Positions 18,608 through 26,084 of a stretch of DNA of 32,000 bases are shown here, piece by piece. The notes beneath the pieces were generated by a model. That model searched no databases. It saw only the letters and a list, made by a program, of their open reading frames with translations, and was not told the origin of the DNA. The position numbers and the translations under genes are program-made. Numbering within the stretch: position 1 is the stretch's first letter; each line of letters begins with the position of its first letter. The DNA comes from Halomicronema hongdechloris C2206 (lineage in GTDB: Bacteria > Cyanobacteriota > Cyanobacteriia > Phormidesmidales > Phormidesmidaceae). Location of the stretch: the NCBI RefSeq assembly GCF_002075285.3, contig NZ_CP021983.2:5190001-5222000 (forward strand), read 5' to 3'.

Positions 18608-19113
18608 TGGCAGCATTAGGTACCCTACACGGTCGTGAAAATTCAGTGGTGTTGAAGGTGGTCTCGCTGTTTGCTGCCCTCAATATGATTAGGGTTGTCG
18701 AGTTTCTGAGTACCTCTTTACGCAAAACAGGTGAACGTGAGGCGCAGCCAGATATCGCCTTTTATTTAGGGCAGAATTTCCGATCGCCCAGCCTGAACAA
18801 TCAACCCATTGATATTGAAGTGTATGGCGCTCCTCAACTCGCGGTAGAGATTGCTTCGACGACCTTGAGCGATGATTTAGGCCGGAAACGCTTGCTGTAT
18901 GAGCGATTGGGAGTGCAGGAGTATTGGGTCGTCAATGTGGCCATATCAGAGGTAGTGGCGTTTGCAGTTGCAGATGGCGGGAGTCGAGAGATTCGGGAAT
19001 CTCAGGTGTTGCCAGGGCTGGGACTCTCAACGGTTGAAGACGCCATGCAGCGCAGTCAAGCTGAGGATGATGGGGCACTGACCCGTTGGTTAATCCAAAC
19101 GTTTCAAGGGTAG
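18608..19113 (+). pseudogene. Uma2-family putative endonuclease, short form, N-terminally truncated at the IS end
   Basis: GTLHGRENSVVLKVVSLFAAL...AQPDIAFYLG...PQLAVEIASTTLSDDLGRKRLLYERLGVQEYWVVNV matches the Uma2 core (PD...E-x-x-S...D...K...Y...GV-EYW). The usual 25-35 N-terminal residues and any ATG are missing. The frame begins inside or at the IS terminus. Confidence 0.7.
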
Positions 19114-19123
19114 CGATCGCACC

Positions 19124-20521
19124 ATGTATCCGACCCCAATGGAACGGTTTGAGGACTTCACCCGTCATCGTCCAGAAGGCAAGCTGGAATTGATTGACGG
19201 TCGGCTCATCGTGGGCAATTCCCTGGTGGGGAGCCGCTTACTGTTAAGGCAGATTTTGCACGGGTGGAAGGTGGACGCCGCGATCGCCCTAGCCCCTCTA
19301 GACACCTGGATACAAGCACTAGCAGTTGGCTACGATTTGACCCTACCTGAGACAGGTGCGGTTGATGAAAAGCTGAACAGTCTGGAAGCGCAAGTGTGCA
19401 GCGTTAACTTCAACCCGGAAGACTTGCAGTCAGCCTGCGCAGAGGTCACCTGGTCGCATCATCGCTTACAGCAAAATTTGTCTATGAGCTTGTTTCGGTT
19501 AGCTGAAGAGGTAGGCGGACAATCCTTCGGTCGAGACTTTGTGATGCGCCTTAGCAATAACGGCTTCACGCCGGATCTATTGTTCTTCAAAGGGGAAGGA
19601 TTGAACCAGCTATATGGCTCCTTTCTCAGTGGGCCAGCGGAACTGGTGGTGGAAGTGCAGATACAGGGCCACGAAGAAGTAGATCGCGTAACAAAGCGAG
19701 ATTATTACCAAACAGCAGGGGTGCCTGAGTATTGGCTCATCGATCCCCAAACTCAACGTTGTGAGTTTTATCGTCTGGTTGAAGAGCAGTATCAGCTACA
19801 ACCCATCGAAGACGATGGCTATTATCGCCCGAGCAGTGTTCCAGGTTTAGCGTTTCAAGCCGATGCACTGTGGCAGGAAGAGGAAATCAACCCATGGGCA
19901 TCTTCTCTGTTTATCGTCGAGCAAAGATTAGAGGGATTTGAGCGTTTACCAGCAGAAGAAGGGCCGCGATGGGGGTCGTTGCTCTTTATTCCCAACATTC
20001 AGGCAGAAGCAGTGCCGATTAGCTTTGAGGAATACATCAGTTGGGCACCCAGAGCAAAGTTTGAGTTTATCCAAGGGAAGCCGCTGATTGGTTCGACGCC
20101 TGGTACGCGGAACGTACTTGCGATGTTATTGATGACCTTTGGCCTTGCTGGTGCAGTAAAGCTATTGCCACCCTACGCTTGGATTCAGGGCCTCAAGCAA
20201 CGGTTGGAGGGGGAACGTCAGGATGCTGAGCGCAAAGCCGAGTGGTGGGCGATCGCTCGCGAAGCCGCAGAACGACTACGTACCCATTTCTCAATAAGGC
20301 GATTGGGGGTGATTGGCGACTTAGCGATGGCGCAACCGCTGAACTACTGGTCAGACATCACCCTGGTTTACTGGGAAAAGCTTGAGGATTCGTGGCGAGC
20401 CTATGATGTGCTGCGAGACCTTGACCCTGATATGCGGCGCATCGATCTGTTGCAGGTGGATCAGAACTGGCTCACGGCTGACCAGCTCTGGCAGATTGAG
20501 CGGCATTTAGTGGAGCTGTGA
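19124..20521 (+). CDS. 465-aa multidomain protein: Uma2-like endonuclease domain plus a repeated N-module plus a C-terminal nucleotidyltransferase-like (MNT-type) domain
   Basis: aa 110-215 form a Uma2 core: HHRLQQNLSMSLF...TPDLLFF...PAELVVEVQIQGHEEVDRVTKRDYYQTAGVPEYWLIDP. aa 6-48 (ERFEDFTRHRPEGKLELIDGRLIVGNS) and aa 299-341 (ISFEEYISWAPRAKFEFIQGKPLIGST) are paralogous modules. aa about 390-445 (LGVIGDLAMAQPLNYWSDITLVYW...RRIDLLQVD) resemble the minimal NTase G-S...SD-I-D-L motif, but with GD and SDIT substitutions. Confidence 0.65.
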   Translation: MYPTPMERFEDFTRHRPEGKLELIDGRLIVGNSLVGSRLLLRQILHGWKVDAAIALAPLDTWIQALAVGYDLTLPETGAVDEKLNSLEAQVCSVNFNPEDLQSACAEVTWSHHRLQQNLSMSLFRLAEEVGGQSFGRDFVMRLSNNGFTPDLLFFKGEGLNQLYGSFLSGPAELVVEVQIQGHEEVDRVTKRDYYQTAGVPEYWLIDPQTQRCEFYRLVEEQYQLQPIEDDGYYRPSSVPGLAFQADALWQEEEINPWASSLFIVEQRLEGFERLPAEEGPRWGSLLFIPNIQAEAVPISFEEYISWAPRAKFEFIQGKPLIGSTPGTRNVLAMLLMTFGLAGAVKLLPPYAWIQGLKQRLEGERQDAERKAEWWAIAREAAERLRTHFSIRRLGVIGDLAMAQPLNYWSDITLVYWEKLEDSWRAYDVLRDLDPDMRRIDLLQVDQNWLTADQLWQIERHLVEL

Positions 20522-20895
20522 TTATTTGGATAGCGCGAGCTGATATAGGCTGTCGATGCTTTTCAAATTCGGATCACCGGCTAGATAGCCAATGCCGCGA
20601 TGGCGGTGCAGGCAGAGCTACGTGGGGAAGGTTTCCAAGACTCGGTGCCGAAGTTGTCGTTGTGGCAGCGTTGTTTGAGGGTAATGAGGAGGTGGTCGGT
20701 GATCGCCCCCCAATATTTGCCAAGTCATTTCCAGATTACGGCATATTCCCTAAGGCGGGAAGTTATTTCCGTAATAGAAGTCAGGAGCCAGGAGTCAGAA
20801 TATAAGAAGGCACTGGATTCTGGCTCCTAGCCGATCCAGGATTTCCCGGCTTAGGTGTTTTCTCGAAAAGACTCTACCGACTGAAGGCCCCTCTA

Positions 20896-20946
20896 GCCCC
20901 CCAATCCTGGGGGGGACAGGAGTCAAATCCCCAAAATTGGGGATTT
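20896..20946. other. two adjacent GC-rich hairpins (possible terminator or repeat-element core)
   Basis: Hairpin 1: CCCCCCA-ATCC-TGGGGGG at about 20896-20916. Hairpin 2: AAATCCCCAA-AA-TTGGGGATTT at 20925-20946. Confidence 0.35.
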
Positions 20947-20986
20947 GGGGGCCTGGATAACGGGTAGTGTCTCTACCAGAAATGTC

Positions 20987-21157
20987 CTAAGATCCCTGTA
21001 GGGCAGTTGCGATCGCCCGAAAACTCTCCAATCCTGCTTCCAGGTTCTCGACCATCTCCTGGGCCAGCACATCCGGATCATCGAGGCTGTCGAGGTTGGT
21101 GAGGTTTTTGTCCCGCAGCCAGAAGATGTCGAGGCTGGGCTTGTCGTTGACGGTCAT
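20987..21157 (-). pseudogene. orphan 3' tail of a type I restriction-modification methyltransferase gene (hsdM-like)
   Basis: 56-codon frame: MTVNDKPSLDIFWLRDKNLTNLDSLDDPDVLAQEMVENLEAGLESFRAIATALQGS. The SLDIFWL(K/R)D...L...LP/DPD(V/I)(L/I)A.EIVE(D/N)LEAAL..F..I pattern is the conserved extreme C-terminus of HsdM proteins. No methylase domain lies upstream. It is below the ORF-track length cut-off. Confidence 0.55.
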
Positions 21158-21161
21158 TCCA

Positions 21162-21410
21162 CTAGCTAAAAATACGGGTGAGATGCAGTACGAAACCGGG
21201 CAGGACGGCTTCTCCGGAGAGTTGCTGGGGTGCTTGTAGGGTCTCGATAGACTGACCGAGCCGATAGATTTCCACCTGCTGATCTTGGGGGTTGAACAAC
21301 CAGCCTAAGCGAACACCGTTTTCTTGATACTCCTGCATTTTGGCCTGGAGGGTCAGCAGGCTATCGCTATTGTGAAAGCGGTCATCGGCGAATACCTGGG
21401 GAGCGTATCT
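21162..21410 (-). pseudogene. Uma2-family endonuclease, C-terminal remnant (about 80 codons, no start)
   Basis: ...SDSLLTLQAKMQEYQENGVRLGWLFNPQDQQVEIYRLGQSIETLQAPQQLSGEAVLPGFVLHLTRIFS-stop matches the typical Uma2 C-terminal half. The frame opens directly after a stop at 21411-21413 with no N-terminal half. Confidence 0.6.
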
Positions 21411-21515
21411 TCAAATTTTAAGGATGATTGATGGCACTGGTGCCGTCCCCCAAGTCCCCAGCCCAGGTCAGAATCCTTTTAGACTAAAGAAAAATCCTGC
21501 TCACCTAACTAAAAT

Positions 21516-22886
21516 ATGCCCGCCACCTCCGCCATTGACTGGGATGCCTTTGCCAAGAGCCTGACCCCCATCGAAACGATTCAGGAGCCGAGTCAGATCG
21601 AGAAACTCTCCAAGGACTACTATCACTTCAGCCCGGTGTTGCAGACCCAGTTGCAAGATAAAGTGGCGAATTTAGTAGTACGTCCCCGGAGTGAAGCCGA
21701 GGTGGTGCAAGTTGCCCGGGCCTGTGTCCAGGCCAAGGTGCCCCTCACCATTCGCGGGGCGGGCACGGGAAACTACGGCCAGTGCATTCCTCTAGCTGGC
21801 GGAGTCGTGTTGGATCTCACCAAACTCAACGCGGTGGCATGGGTCAAGCCCGGCCTAGCTTGCGTGCAGGCGGGCGCTAAGCTGGCAGCCATCGACCGGG
21901 TTACCCGTGAATCTGGTTGGGAGCTGCGCATGTATCCCTCCACCTATCGCACCGCTACTATTGGTGGCTTTATTGGCGGCGGCAGTGGCGGTATCGGTTC
22001 TATTACCTTTGGCCAATTGCGGGATCGGGGTAACCTCCAGGCCGTGCGGGTGGTTACCCTGGAAGATCAGCCCCGCATCCTAGAGTTACGGGGCGACAAT
22101 GTGCAGCAGGTGAACCATGCCTACGGCACCAATGGCATCATCACTAGCCTAGAAATTCCCTTGGGCCCTGCCTACCCCTGGAGCGAGGTGATCGTTAGCT
22201 TCGAGCAGTTTATGCAGGCGGCTCGCTTTGGTCAGGCCCTTGGCGACGCCGATGGCATCGTCAAGAAGCTCATTAGTGTGCATGCCTGGCCCATTCCTAG
22301 CTACTTTACGGCCCTGGCTCCTTATCTGCCAGAGAATAAGGCGGCGGCTCTGCTGATGGTGGCTGATTCCTGCGTAGAACCACTGACAGCCCTGGTGCAA
22401 GCGTGGGGTGGCACTATTACCTATACCAAAGCTGCACAAGACGCGGCTAAGGGAACACCTTTGATGGAATTCACCTGGAACCATACCACTCTGCATGCCC
22501 GCAGTAGTGATCCAACCTTCACTTATTTGCAGACCCTATTTCCCTATGATCCCGACTTGGCCTTAGTAGAGCAGTGTTATCGACACTTCGGTGACGAGGT
22601 GATGATGCACCTGGAGTTTCTACGCACAGAAGGTAGGGTGATGCCGGCGGCTTTGCAGCTAGTACGCTATAGCACGGCGGCCCGGCTCAATCAGATCATC
22701 CAATATCACGAAGACCAGGGGGCCTTCATCGCCAATCCCCACACCTATATCCTGGAGGATGGCGGCCGTAAGACCATTGACACCGCTCAAGTGGCCTTTA
22801 AGACCAAGGTCGATCCCTATGGCTTACTCAACCCCGGCAAAATGCGGGGCTGGTTAGAGCGATCAGGGGCAGAGGCTAGCCCATAA
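21516..22886 (+). CDS. FAD-binding (PCMH-type, FAD_binding_4) oxidoreductase
   Basis: 456 aa. VVRPRSEAEVVQVARACVQAKVPLTIRGAGTGNYGQCIPLAGGVVLDL is the FAD-binding PCMH motif region, and GGFIGGGSGGIGS is also present. Confidence 0.8.
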   Translation: MPATSAIDWDAFAKSLTPIETIQEPSQIEKLSKDYYHFSPVLQTQLQDKVANLVVRPRSEAEVVQVARACVQAKVPLTIRGAGTGNYGQCIPLAGGVVLDLTKLNAVAWVKPGLACVQAGAKLAAIDRVTRESGWELRMYPSTYRTATIGGFIGGGSGGIGSITFGQLRDRGNLQAVRVVTLEDQPRILELRGDNVQQVNHAYGTNGIITSLEIPLGPAYPWSEVIVSFEQFMQAARFGQALGDADGIVKKLISVHAWPIPSYFTALAPYLPENKAAALLMVADSCVEPLTALVQAWGGTITYTKAAQDAAKGTPLMEFTWNHTTLHARSSDPTFTYLQTLFPYDPDLALVEQCYRHFGDEVMMHLEFLRTEGRVMPAALQLVRYSTAARLNQIIQYHEDQGAFIANPHTYILEDGGRKTIDTAQVAFKTKVDPYGLLNPGKMRGWLERSGAEASP

Positions 22887-22904
22887 GCGTTTCGGAACCT
22901 GTCT

Positions 22905-23318
22905 ATGCCCTTTGACTATCACCATGTTGTCCGCTTCCATGAGACCGATGGGGCAGGGGTCGTTTACTTCGCCAATGGCCTAGTGATCTGCCACAGCGCC
23001 TACGAAGCCTCTCTAACCGCCACTGGCATCTCTCCGCAGACCTTTTTCCGAGCCAGTCCCTTAGCCTTTCCCATCGTGCATGCCAGCATCGACTTCCATC
23101 GACCGCTGCGATGTGGCGATGCCGTGACGATTCGGCTCACCCCCATTAGGGTGGGCGAGCATAGCTATGAGATTCATTATCGACTGGGATGGGACCCGGT
23201 AGATAAGCCAGCGGCGACAGCGTTGACTCGCCATGTCTGCATTGATGGGGATCGGCGTCAGCGGCGTCCCCTGCCCCCGAACATGGAGCGTTGGTTAACC
23301 CAGTGGGGAGAGCCTTAG
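22905..23318 (+). CDS. hotdog-fold acyl-CoA thioesterase, probable 1,4-dihydroxy-2-naphthoyl-CoA hydrolase (Slr0204-like)
   Basis: 137 aa. [38 protein letters not shown]...[18 protein letters not shown] is the 4HBT-type pattern, close to what I recall of the cyanobacterial phylloquinone DHNA-CoA thioesterase. Confidence 0.65.
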   Translation: MPFDYHHVVRFHETDGAGVVYFANGLVICHSAYEASLTATGISPQTFFRASPLAFPIVHASIDFHRPLRCGDAVTIRLTPIRVGEHSYEIHYRLGWDPVDKPAATALTRHVCIDGDRRQRRPLPPNMERWLTQWGEP

Positions 23319-25288
23319 CTAGTAATGCGACCAGCCAAGGGAGAACTAGCACTGGCGTGGGACTGAATTGGAATGCGACCGGCTAAATAGGCCAAGCGTC
23401 CGGCAGTGGTCGCCATGGCCATGGCCCGGGCCATGGCAATTGGGTTTTTGGCCTTAGCAATGGCGGTATTGATTAGCAAGGCATCCGCACCGGCTTCCAT
23501 GGCTTGGGCCGCCTCGCTGGGGATGCCAATGCCAGCATCGACTACCACCGGGACGCCCGCCGTCTCGATGATGATTTCTAGATTGGCCAGGGTACGAATG
23601 CCCTGGCCAGAGCCAATGGGAGAGCCTAGGGGCATGACCGTGACACAGCCTGCTTCCTCGAGGCGTTTGGCCAGCAGGGGATCGGCGTTGATGTAGGGCA
23701 GCACGGCAAACCCTTCTTTGATCAATTTCTCTGCCGCTCGCAGGGTACCGATGGGATCGGGCAGCAGGTATTGCGGGTCAGGAATCACTTCTAGTTTGAC
23801 GAAGTTATTGTCTTCTTGGCCCAGCAGTTTGGCCATCTCGCGGCCTAGACGGGCCACCCGCACGGCTTCGTCGACATCTCTGCAGCCTGCAGTGTTAGGC
23901 AACATCCAGATTTTACTCCAGTCGATGGCTTCGGCTAGGCCCTGATGACCTGGGGCCTGAGCCTGTACCCGGCGCACGGCTACAGTGACAATTTCACAGC
24001 CACTGGCGGCGATGCTCTGGCCCATGACGTCGAAGTTCTCATACTTGCCGGTGCCGGTCATCAGGCGGGAATTGAAGGGGCGACCAGCAATGGTCAGAGG
24101 AGTGTCGCGGAGACCGGTGCTGGCAGCTTGGGGATGGGCGTCGAGGATTTGCATGGGTTGAGGTGAGATGGCTGTAGTGGACGAGGGGCTGGGCTGGTGA
24201 AATCGCTGCCAAGAGAAGGCGGCCAAGAGGGGATCAGGCTGTTGCTCTAAGATGGCTTGGGCAACAAGTTGGGCAGTAATCGGAGCCAGGAGGATACCGT
24301 TGCGGTAGTGACCGGTGGCTAGGGTCAAATTGCTGCAAGCACTGGCCCCGAGGATGGGCTGATTGTCTGGAGTAGCGGGTCGAAATCCCCACCAACACTC
24401 GTCTAGGGGAAAATCAGCCAAGGCCGGACAGAGCTCCATGGCTCGACTGAGTAAGTCATTGAGCCCAGACGGGGTATTCCCTGGAGTAAAGCCCACCGAT
24501 TCGCTGGTGGCGCCGATGATGATGCGCCTGTCCCGGCGGGGCACTAAGTAAAGGTTGTGGCCATAGATCACATGTTGCAAAGGCTGGGCCTGGGGATGCC
24601 CGTGGGGAACGCGCAGGGAAAGCATTTGTCCCTTGCGGGGAAAGACGGGTAGCGGCAACAGTTGGTGAGCCCAAGCGCCAGTAGCCAGCACATAGTGGTC
24701 GGCTTGGAAGTCACCGCTGCGGCTACGGACTGACTGGATGGCCCCCTGGTGTCGAACCAGCCCTTCGACCTCGACCCCTTCCAGAATGTCGATGCCTTGA
24801 TCCTGAACGGCCCCTCGCAGGGCTTGCATCACGGCCCGACTGTCGACTTGGGCATCTTCTGGTAGCCACCACGCTCCCGTCAGTTTGTCGCTCAGGCCTG
24901 GCTGATACTGGGCCAGCGTTTCAGCCTCTAACCAGCGCACCGGTTTGGTCGATGCAGATGCGATCGCATCGGCATCGGGTCGCCGATATTGGGTCATGAG
25001 AATGCCACAGGGCCAATAGCCCACAGCCTGCCCCGTCAGTCCTTCTAATTTACTGACCCAGTCGGGATAGAGGCTTAAGCTACGACGGCATAGGGTATAC
25101 ATTGCTTCGCTACCCATGACTTCGGCATGGGGGGCCAGCATTCCGGCAGCGGCCTGGCTAGCCGCTTGCGATACTTCTCGACTCAGCACCCGTACCCGGG
25201 CCCCCCGCTGCTTCAGTTCCAGGGCAATGGCGAGACCAATGATCCCTCCGCCTATTACCAGGACATCTGATGTCCTCTCCGTCATCAT
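23315..25288 (-). CDS. thiG: bifunctional glycine oxidase ThiO / thiazole synthase ThiG fusion
   Basis: 657 aa. The N-terminal half has an FAD dinucleotide fold ([18 protein letters not shown]) and is DAO-family. The C-terminal half ([19 protein letters not shown]...LPNTAGC...[14 protein letters not shown]...VVVDAGIG) is canonical ThiG. Confidence 0.9.
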   Translation of the reverse strand: MMTERTSDVLVIGGGIIGLAIALELKQRGARVRVLSREVSQAASQAAAGMLAPHAEVMGSEAMYTLCRRSLSLYPDWVSKLEGLTGQAVGYWPCGILMTQYRRPDADAIASASTKPVRWLEAETLAQYQPGLSDKLTGAWWLPEDAQVDSRAVMQALRGAVQDQGIDILEGVEVEGLVRHQGAIQSVRSRSGDFQADHYVLATGAWAHQLLPLPVFPRKGQMLSLRVPHGHPQAQPLQHVIYGHNLYLVPRRDRRIIIGATSESVGFTPGNTPSGLNDLLSRAMELCPALADFPLDECWWGFRPATPDNQPILGASACSNLTLATGHYRNGILLAPITAQLVAQAILEQQPDPLLAAFSWQRFHQPSPSSTTAISPQPMQILDAHPQAASTGLRDTPLTIAGRPFNSRLMTGTGKYENFDVMGQSIAASGCEIVTVAVRRVQAQAPGHQGLAEAIDWSKIWMLPNTAGCRDVDEAVRVARLGREMAKLLGQEDNNFVKLEVIPDPQYLLPDPIGTLRAAEKLIKEGFAVLPYINADPLLAKRLEEAGCVTVMPLGSPIGSGQGIRTLANLEIIIETAGVPVVVDAGIGIPSEAAQAMEAGADALLINTAIAKAKNPIAMARAMAMATTAGRLAYLAGRIPIQSHASASSPLAGRITS

Positions 25289-25359
25289 GTCAATGAAATC
25301 CTACGATTGGCTGATATTTGCCTGCGGTAACCACTAACCCTACTAAGACTGTAGCCCCA

Positions 25360-25701
25360 CTACCAGAGAGCAGGAATAGAATCGTCAGTCTCAACCGGAT
25401 CTGATGTAGGAGTCGGTGTGGGGGGTGGGCTAGACATTGGCTCATCCGTAGGTGTGGGGGTATCTGTAGGTTGGGCTTGGTTCTCCTCTTGAGTTAAGGT
25501 CGCATCCTCCGCCAGACCGGTGCGAGCCGCTGGACTTTGACGTTCTACCAATTGCCCCGCCTGTTGCAGAGGGGTCAAAGACTGGTCGTCCCCTGCTTCA
25601 GTAAAGTCTTCCCCTTCACCAAATTGGGCAGCAGACTCAACCCCTAACCAGGTCAGCAGTACCACCACTAAAATGACCCCACCGATGAGGTAGCGACTCA
25701 T
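25360..25701 (-). CDS. hypothetical membrane-anchored acidic Pro/Thr-rich protein
   Basis: The N-terminal hydrophobic helix MSRYLIGGVILVVVLLTWLGV is followed by low-complexity QPTDTPTPTDEPMSSPPPTPTPTSDP. Confidence 0.5.
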   Translation of the reverse strand: MSRYLIGGVILVVVLLTWLGVESAAQFGEGEDFTEAGDDQSLTPLQQAGQLVERQSPAARTGLAEDATLTQEENQAQPTDTPTPTDEPMSSPPPTPTPTSDPVETDDSIPALW

Positions 25702-25778
25702 GCCTCACCTCGCAATTACCTACGCGTGTGCCCCCATCATCCCTCAAACTTGAGTGTGTAGGGTAAGTTATTTCTCAT

Positions 25779-25818
25779 CCTAACGAGTTTTTAGGCTTCA
25801 CCCTAACGAGTCTTTAGG
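25779..25818. promoter_or_regulatory. tandem pair of CCTAA-N7-TTAGG palindromes in a divergent intergenic region
   Basis: CCTAACGAGTTTTTAGG (25779-25795) and CCTAACGAGTCTTTAGG (25802-25818) are 23 nt apart centre to centre. They lie between the 113-aa gene (-) and cimA (+). Confidence 0.25.
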
Positions 25819-26084
25819 CAGAGATAGGCTGGAGTCACCAGCAGACCTCAGAACTAATTTGCAAAGGAAATCTTAAATCCCTTCAAAGTCAGTTCTCTCA
25901 GTGCTTTTAGCCATCTTGTCTCAATAACCGTTGCCCTAGCCTGCCCCTACCTCGATATCATGGCACTAATCTGCCGAATTTGAGGTAGTTCCGTCCCATG
26001 GCAACCCGTGGTAATGGGAGATGCAATGGGGCGCCTTGATCATCTGCACCGTCTACAGTCCTTTGGCTACAGCACTTGTCCTCT

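Noticed and set aside
20518-20830. Plus-strand ORFs of 95 and 76 aa directly after the 465-aa gene. These were considered as a possible HEPN partner of the NTase-like domain. The minus strand also shows broken frames (…AITDHLLITLKQRCHNDNFGTESW…, …ETFPT…, …GDPNLKSIDSLYQLALSK).
   Set aside because: The plus-strand translations have no R-x4-H HEPN motif and look like GC-driven noise. The minus-strand pieces might be a decayed gene spread over three frames, but I cannot assign a family or boundaries.
25289-25359. TPP riboswitch expected upstream of thiO-thiG.
   Set aside because: The 70-nt spacer lacks recognisable THI-box conserved elements and is too short for the aptamer plus an expression platform. 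An Infernal scan is needed to be certain.
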